From an uncultured Gammaproteobacteria bacterium (GTDB lineage: Bacteria > Patescibacteriota > Patescibacteriia > SG8-24), in contig CAZBFO010000002.1 in the NCBI GenBank assembly GCA_964491475.1, forward strand, positions 144,501 to 208,500: a stretch of DNA of 64,000 nt, given 5' to 3'. The notes beneath the pieces were generated by a model. That model did not search any database. It worked only from the letters and a program-made list of their open reading frames with translations, and was not told the origin of the DNA. This document shows positions 58,675 through 64,000 of this stretch, piece after piece. The number at the start of each line of letters is the position of its first letter. The first letter of the stretch is position 1. The position numbers and the translations under genes were made by a program.

Positions 58675-59742
58675 TCACAGTTCCTTTATGTCGCGGCGAA
58701 GGTTCTCGATCTTCTCGTCATCGGCCGCGGCACTGGCGGCTTCCGGCGTGGGAGTGTAGCGTTCGCCGCGCTCGAATCGGGTCATGTCGCGCATGAGCTC
58801 GTCGAACGACATCGATTCGCGCTCCTGCGCCAGGCGCCCGGCTTCGCGGATGGAATCGTCGAACCGCGAATAGAGCCGTCGGATCTCCGCCTTTGCGGCC
58901 TCGGGAAGGTTGCCAAGCTCTTCTTCGAGGCGCTTCTTGCGCCCCTCGGCAAACCCGACCTGGCTCTTCGTCCACTTCCGGAGACGCGCGGCTACGGCCT
59001 CTTTCTCTTCATCGGTCATGCCCTCGGTCTTCTTGGGGTCATTGACCAGATCCAGCACGTCGAGGTTCTCCTCGATGAAGAGACGGTCGCCGCCCTCGAG
59101 GTATCCTTCCGGATCGGTGCCGGACTCGCCAAGGTCGGCGAGGGCGACGGCGCGGGCGATGACGGACGATTCGCCGTCCAGCTTCGGCTGCTTGACGGTC
59201 CCGGCGGCAACGTCCCATCCGGGGACGGTCGCATCGAGCGCCTCGCGCAGCACCGCTCGGTGCTCTTCCGTGAACACTTCGGGCTGGCCGGCATCGCGCC
59301 GCTGCTGATTGACACGGTCCATGTAGGCGATGGCACCGTCGGCGCTGGCAGCCTCGTTACGTTCCGCGAAGCGCTTGCGGAATTCCTTGGCGCCGCCTCG
59401 CGCGCTGTTGTCGATCGTTTCCCAGTCCTGCACGGTGTCGTGGTTGCTGGCGGCGAGCCGGCCGATGGCCACCGTCTCGTCGCTGACCATTTCCGGGGCG
59501 GCATTGCGCACGGCCTGCAGCACGAGTTCGGTCCGCTTCACGACGCCGCCGGTGTGCTTGGTGTCGTGGAACGTGAGCCGCTCGCGGTTCCGCGGCTTCT
59601 CGAACTTTTCGCGGATGCCGTCGATCGCCTCTTCCACGCCGCGCTCGGTGGCTTGTTCGAGGGCTTCCTTCTTCTCCCGTATCTCCTTTTGTTCGGGATT
59701 TTCGACCTGCGGCTGGCGGCTTTCCGGCGTTGGCTCGGACAT
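58675..59742 (-). CDS. HD-domain metal-dependent phosphohydrolase-like protein
   Basis: FHDTKHT, ASNHD, NE..SA, ALADL. Confidence 0.65.
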   Translation of the reverse strand: MSEPTPESRQPQVENPEQKEIREKKEALEQATERGVEEAIDGIREKFEKPRNRERLTFHDTKHTGGVVKRTELVLQAVRNAAPEMVSDETVAIGRLAASNHDTVQDWETIDNSARGGAKEFRKRFAERNEAASADGAIAYMDRVNQQRRDAGQPEVFTEEHRAVLREALDATVPGWDVAAGTVKQPKLDGESSVIARAVALADLGESGTDPEGYLEGGDRLFIEENLDVLDLVNDPKKTEGMTDEEKEAVAARLRKWTKSQVGFAEGRKKRLEEELGNLPEAAKAEIRRLYSRFDDSIREAGRLAQERESMSFDELMRDMTRFERGERYTPTPEAASAAADDEKIENLRRDIKEL

Positions 59743-59843
59743 ATCTTTCGAGAGTGGATGAATACGGCGATATTTTCGCATGCTGACTAGGAAAAGGAAA
59801 GGGGGCATGAAAAAACGCCCCGTGGGGCGTTGGCCGTTTGCGC

Positions 59844-60545
59844 CTATCGCGTCCAACCGACGGCGGCCAGCGCCTTGCCGATGGGCACGAAGTAGGTGCG
59901 CTTGTTGTCGACCGAAGTGGCGTACAGCATGCCGACCACCCGGCCGTCATCGGTCACCAGCGGCGCGCCGGAGTCGCCGTCGGCCGCGTCGATGTCAATG
60001 CGGATGGCGTCTTTGAGCACGCCGGCCTCGACCGACTTGGCCCTGACGGTGCAGGGCTGAAAACCGTGCCGTTTGCCGAAGTACCAGACGTGTTCGCCGG
60101 GTTCCGGCCGGTAGTCCGGCGCGACTTTCAGCGGCGTGCTGGGCAGGTCGGTGGCGGTCTCGAACAGCGCGGCGTCCTGCAGCACTTGCACCGCCTTCAG
60201 GGTGCCAGGCACCGCATCGCCGACCACGAAGCCGGGGATTTCCTTGTAGAAAGAGCGCGGATGCACCACCACCGACTTGGCGTCGGCCACCGAATGCGCG
60301 GGCAGCAGCACGTGCCGCGAATCGAGCACGATGCCGATGCCGCCGTGATGCACCTCGCCCGACTTCGGCGTGGCGTCGAGCAGCACGGTGCCCTCGATGC
60401 TGGTTTCCACCAGCTGGATGTTGTCGGTCAGCCATTTCGGCAGCGGACCGGACGAAGCGGCCCGCTGCCGGACGCAGCCGGGCACCGTCAGGGACAGCAG
60501 CAGCGCGAACAGGAAAAGGACCGAGGTTCGTTCCGTTTTTCGCAT
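59844..60545 (-). CDS. Trypsin-like serine protease, probable lipoprotein
   Basis: Lipobox-like VPGC; LLPAH, DAAL, GDSGAP. Confidence 0.8.
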   Translation of the reverse strand: MRKTERTSVLFLFALLLSLTVPGCVRQRAASSGPLPKWLTDNIQLVETSIEGTVLLDATPKSGEVHHGGIGIVLDSRHVLLPAHSVADAKSVVVHPRSFYKEIPGFVVGDAVPGTLKAVQVLQDAALFETATDLPSTPLKVAPDYRPEPGEHVWYFGKRHGFQPCTVRAKSVEAGVLKDAIRIDIDAADGDSGAPLVTDDGRVVGMLYATSVDNKRTYFVPIGKALAAVGWTR

Positions 60546-60682
60546 CAGAAAGATCTCCGAAAGTGTGTCCCTTGCTTAGCATGGGAGGCGCCTGCGGTCA
60601 AACCTGGCAGACCGGCTGGAGCAGGTTGACATCGGCGCTCCCGGATGCTACTAAGACCCCGTGCTTCTCAAGGAGGTTTGAG

Positions 60683-61384
60683 TTGAACACGACGAAAAAC
60701 ACCGTCCTTTTCCTGCTCTCGTTCGCGCTCATCATGGTCATCGCACCGACGGCGAAAGCCGGCGCGATGTTCATAATGGATCCAGCCGTTCAAGTGCAGA
60801 CTTCGCCGAACACGACCGTTTCGCCGACCCCGCAGCCGGCCGCCACGTCGCCGCCGGAAGCGACCCCGGCACCCGCTGCAGCCCCGCCCGCTGCCGCGCC
60901 GAAAGCTCCGGTGCACAAGGCCGTGCTGCCCGGCAGCATTTCGCCGCGCGATCGCGCCACCACTTGGGACTTGAATCTCGACGGCGCGCTCGGTTGGGCC
61001 CTTCCGGATACCGACGACAGCTGGCGCGACAAGCGCTTCACCGGGTTCGTGCGCGCACGCGCGGGCATCCTGCGCATCCACGACTCCTGGTACTTCTCCG
61101 CCGGACCCACCTTCGAGATGTCGAAGCTGCAGCCCGTCACGTTCGGTTTGCAGGGAGAAGTCATGAACCTCGAGATGGGCGCATGGGTCCAGGCCGGCGC
61201 GCTCTTCGACGGCGGCGCGCACCCGGGAGCGATGGGTGCCATCGGCTGGAGCCTCTTCGGCATCGAGGCCCAGTACCGGGTGTACGACAAGTACAATCTG
61301 GGCGAAGTGCCCGCCGTATACGTCAAGCTCCGCATCCCCATCGGCGTGTTCTTCAGCAAGTACGCCAAGCGGGACAAGCAATAA
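60683..61384 (+). CDS. Secreted protein with beta-strand-rich domain
   Basis: AGGAGG + TTG start; signal peptide, Pro/Ala linker, alternating hydrophobic strands. Confidence 0.65.
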   Translation: MNTTKNTVLFLLSFALIMVIAPTAKAGAMFIMDPAVQVQTSPNTTVSPTPQPAATSPPEATPAPAAAPPAAAPKAPVHKAVLPGSISPRDRATTWDLNLDGALGWALPDTDDSWRDKRFTGFVRARAGILRIHDSWYFSAGPTFEMSKLQPVTFGLQGEVMNLEMGAWVQAGALFDGGAHPGAMGAIGWSLFGIEAQYRVYDKYNLGEVPAVYVKLRIPIGVFFSKYAKRDKQ

Positions 61385-61393
61385 CGCTGTCCG

Positions 61394-61423
61394 AAATCCG
61401 CCTCTTCTGTGGCGGATTTTTTT
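61394..61423 (+). terminator. Intrinsic terminator
   Basis: AAATCCGCC...GGCGGATTTTTTT. Confidence 0.8.
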
Positions 61424-61463
61424 GCGCAAAAAAAGACGCGGAAAGTTCCGCGTCTCGTACACG

Positions 61464-62747
61464 CTACCTCCAGATGATGGAGTTGCGCGAAGGTCCGGTG
61501 GCCACCGCGACCACCTTGGTATTGCAGTATGCCTCGACCATGTCGACGTAGTTCTTGGCGTTTTGCGGCAACGCGTTCCACGAAGTGCAGTCGGCGATGG
61601 GCGTTTTCCATCCCGCCACCTTGGCGTAGATCGGGCGGCATTCGTCCAACAGTCCGGGAACGGCCTTGTGGCTCGGCTTCCTGTCCGGACCCGTGTAGGC
61701 CGTGCAGAAGTCGATGGTCTCGAAGGTCGAGAGCACGTCGAGCTTGGTGAGCACGATGCCGTCGGCGCCGTTGAGCTCGCAGGTGTAGGCGAGCAGCGGG
61801 GCATCGAACCAGCCGCAGCGCCGCGGACGGCCCGTGGTCGTGCCGAACTCGCGGCCCTCCGTGCGCAGCTTTTCGCCAATGTCATCGTCCCGCTCCGTGG
61901 GGAACGGACCGCTGCCGACGCGCGTCACGTACGCCTTGGCGATGCACAGCACTTCGCCGATGGACCGCGGCGGCAACCCGCTGCCGACGCAGGCGCCGGC
62001 CGAAGTAGCATAGGACGAGCTGACGTTCGGATAGGTGCCGAACTCCAGATCGAGCATGGTGCCTTGCGCGCCCTCGAGCAGGATCCTGCCGCCTTTGGCG
62101 TTGACGTCCCTGGCGATGCGGTCGGTGTCCGCGACGTGCCGTTCCAGGCGCCGCGCCGCTCCGTCGATCATCTTCATGATGTCGACGGTCGACGGCAGCT
62201 GCTCCTGCAAGGTGGCGATGTCGGCGAGGTCGCGCATTTTTTGGGCGCGCAGCTCGGCGATGCGCTGCGAGAGCGCGGAGTGGTACCCCAGCAGCTCGCA
62301 GACGCGAATGCCGCGCCGCGCCGCCTTGTCCTCGTAGCACGGGCCGATGCCGCGCCCGGTGGTGCCGATGGCCGTCTTGCCGCGCCGCGCTTCGGCGGCC
62401 CGGTCCAAGAGGGGATGCCAAGGCATCACCAGGTGGGCGTTGGTCGAAAGCGCGAAGTCCTTGGTGTCGACGCCGCGCGCGGCCAGCCCGTCGAGCTCCT
62501 GTACCAGCTGCTGCGGATCGACCACCGCGCCGTTGCCGATGGCGCAGCGGACGCCCGGATGAAAGATGCCCGAGGGCACCTGATGCAGTTTGAAGGTGCT
62601 GCCGTTGATGATGACCGTGTGCCCGGCGTTGGCGCCGCCGTTGTAGCGGATCACCATGTCGTAGCCGCGTTTGGCTACCAGCTCGTCGACGATCTTGCCT
62701 TTGCCTTCGTCGCCGAACTGCGCCCCGACTATCACCGTTGCTGACAT
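61464..62747 (-). CDS. purA: Adenylosuccinate synthetase
   Basis: GDEGKGK, GGANAGHT, GTTGRGIGP, EGAQG, GTTTGRPRRCGW. Confidence 0.96.
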   Translation of the reverse strand: MSATVIVGAQFGDEGKGKIVDELVAKRGYDMVIRYNGGANAGHTVIINGSTFKLHQVPSGIFHPGVRCAIGNGAVVDPQQLVQELDGLAARGVDTKDFALSTNAHLVMPWHPLLDRAAEARRGKTAIGTTGRGIGPCYEDKAARRGIRVCELLGYHSALSQRIAELRAQKMRDLADIATLQEQLPSTVDIMKMIDGAARRLERHVADTDRIARDVNAKGGRILLEGAQGTMLDLEFGTYPNVSSSYATSAGACVGSGLPPRSIGEVLCIAKAYVTRVGSGPFPTERDDDIGEKLRTEGREFGTTTGRPRRCGWFDAPLLAYTCELNGADGIVLTKLDVLSTFETIDFCTAYTGPDRKPSHKAVPGLLDECRPIYAKVAGWKTPIADCTSWNALPQNAKNYVDMVEAYCNTKVVAVATGPSRNSIIWR

Positions 62748-62902
62748 GTCTGTCTCCTTGGCTATGAGCCTCAAGGAATGTGCCAGAGACGCACGCTTCG
62801 GTCAACCGTCCACCCTTGACCGGAGGGTCAAAAAATGGTAAATCTCTTGGGTGAACTGCTGGACAAACCCCTTCGGTTCACGTCCTTTCGAAAGGCAAAA
62901 TC

Positions 62903-63229
62903 ATGTCCGTAAACAACGACGAGCAGCAGTCGCCCGAACCGCAGAAGAACGATAAGCCCGTCGTGCAAGAAGCGCGGCAGCTCGCTGTTCGCGCCAAGAC
63001 CGAGCTGGTCGCCTTCCGCACCTACCCCGATGCCGGCTGGCTCGGCGGCGTGTGTGCCGGCATCGCCTACCGCTTCGGCGTGCCGACCTGGATCGTCCGG
63101 CTCACCTGGTTCCTGCTCTTTGCCTGCGCCGGAGTCGGTTTCGTCCCGTACCTCGTCCTCTGGGTCTTCGTCCCCGAAGCCGGAACGCCCAGCGACTACG
63201 TCGATCGCACCGGCGATCAGGAGGACTGA
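62903..63229 (+). CDS. pspC: PspC domain protein
   Basis: LGGVCAGIAYRFG...YLVLWVFVP. Confidence 0.88.
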   Translation: MSVNNDEQQSPEPQKNDKPVVQEARQLAVRAKTELVAFRTYPDAGWLGGVCAGIAYRFGVPTWIVRLTWFLLFACAGVGFVPYLVLWVFVPEAGTPSDYVDRTGDQED

Positions 63230-63347
63230 TCATCCGCAGCTTCGTCCGTCCCGGCAAGGGGCGGATTTTTTTGCGAAGATTTTTTACTAAAAAGACGCGG
63301 AGCGCCCGCGTCAGTCGTCAGTGATGTTGAGCCGCGGAGCTGCCGCA

Positions 63348-63998
63348 TCAGTTGCGAGGCTCGCGTTGCGCCAGCCACTTGTCGATGGCCCGCATGATGC
63401 GCGCGTTGCCGTCTTGCGAGTAACGCGCCAGCTTCTTCTCGTAGCGGGGCAAGTTCTCCAAGAAGGTTTCGACAGCACCCGGCTCCTCGATGGATTCCGC
63501 CGCAAGGCCGTACCCCTTGAGCTGCAAGTAGCGCGCGTTCAGCACCTGTTCGAACTGCCCCTCGATGGGCACCGACAGCATCGGCTTGCCCAGGAAGACC
63601 GCTTCGCTCATCAGCGTGAAGCCGCCGCCGGCGATGACCGCGCGGCAAGAAGCCAGATCGTCGATGAACCCGCCTTCGCTGAACGGCTGGTAGCGCAAAT
63701 TGCCGACGACCGCCTCCTTTTTGAGATTGCGGCGCATGCCGTAGATGCGGCATTCCATTCCGGTCTTGCGCAGCGCCTGCGCGAAGGCCTTGTTGCCCTC
63801 GCCGGTGGTGTACACCAGCAGGTGCTTGCCACGACGCTTCTTTGCCGCCGCAGCCAGGATTTCCGGCCGAAGGATCGGCGGGAACAGCTGGGTGTTCTTC
63901 TTGGTGACCTTGGGACGAAAGAACGAGGTGATGAAGTAGTCGTCGCAGCCCGGCAGCTTTCCGCTCACGAACGCCTTGGTGACTTGGTACTCCACCAG
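63348..63998 (-). CDS. GT-B glycosyltransferase (MJ1255-like), 5' truncated
   Basis: PPILR, GGGFTLMSEA, PIEGQFEQVLNA. Confidence 0.8.
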   Translation of the reverse strand: MVEYQVTKAFVSGKLPGCDDYFITSFFRPKVTKKNTQLFPPILRPEILAAAAKKRRGKHLLVYTTGEGNKAFAQALRKTGMECRIYGMRRNLKKEAVVGNLRYQPFSEGGFIDDLASCRAVIAGGGFTLMSEAVFLGKPMLSVPIEGQFEQVLNARYLQLKGYGLAAESIEEPGAVETFLENLPRYEKKLARYSQDGNARIMRAIDKWLAQREPRN

Positions 63999-64000
63999 GT

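Noticed and set aside
1-64000. CRISPR array, IS element, integrase, prophage or rRNA
   Set aside because: No regularly spaced repeats, transposase/integrase motifs, phage structural genes or rRNA signatures seen
1-64000. Alternative genetic code (UGA read as Gly)
   Set aside because: Conserved genes are intact in code 11 and several (murI, pheT, pspC) end at TGA at expected lengths

Overview
GC-rich bacterial chromosomal window read in the standard genetic code (TGA is used as a stop). Gene content (PrgI/VirB4/VirB6-like cluster without relaxase, T4SS-pilin-family proteins, a giant Cys-rich secreted protein, LemA-HtpX, many acidic hypotheticals, few Shine-Dalgarno sites) points to a Patescibacteria/CPR (Parcubacteria-like) organism; this is inference. 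Housekeeping genes: recG, radA, clpC-type ATPase, htpX, lemA, manB, murI, rseP, pheS, pheT, purA, aroK, comF and three tRNAs (Ser-UGA, Ser-GCU, Arg-GCG). Most notable: (1) a self-contained two-gene RiPP operon, a radical SAM/SPASM enzyme plus a 70-aa precursor with four back-to-back aromatic-X-(N/D) motifs (WRN-WED-WDD-YEN), i.e. a candidate multi-cyclophane (triceptide-type) peptide; (2) a NYN RNase gene whose 3' end is overlapped by a ~58-nt antisense hairpin RNA with its own consensus promoter and U-tail; (3) three T4SS-pilin-like proteins each fused to a different peptidoglycan-hydrolase domain (M15 peptidase, lysozyme/transglycosylase-like, GH73), downstream of DsbA; (4) a chromosomal T4SS-like operon; (5) toxin-fold enzymes (clan CD protease, ART-like, transglutaminase-like) near tRNA-Ser; (6) a leader-peptide attenuator before an MFS transporter. 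All calls come from motif reading by eye; no database search was run.
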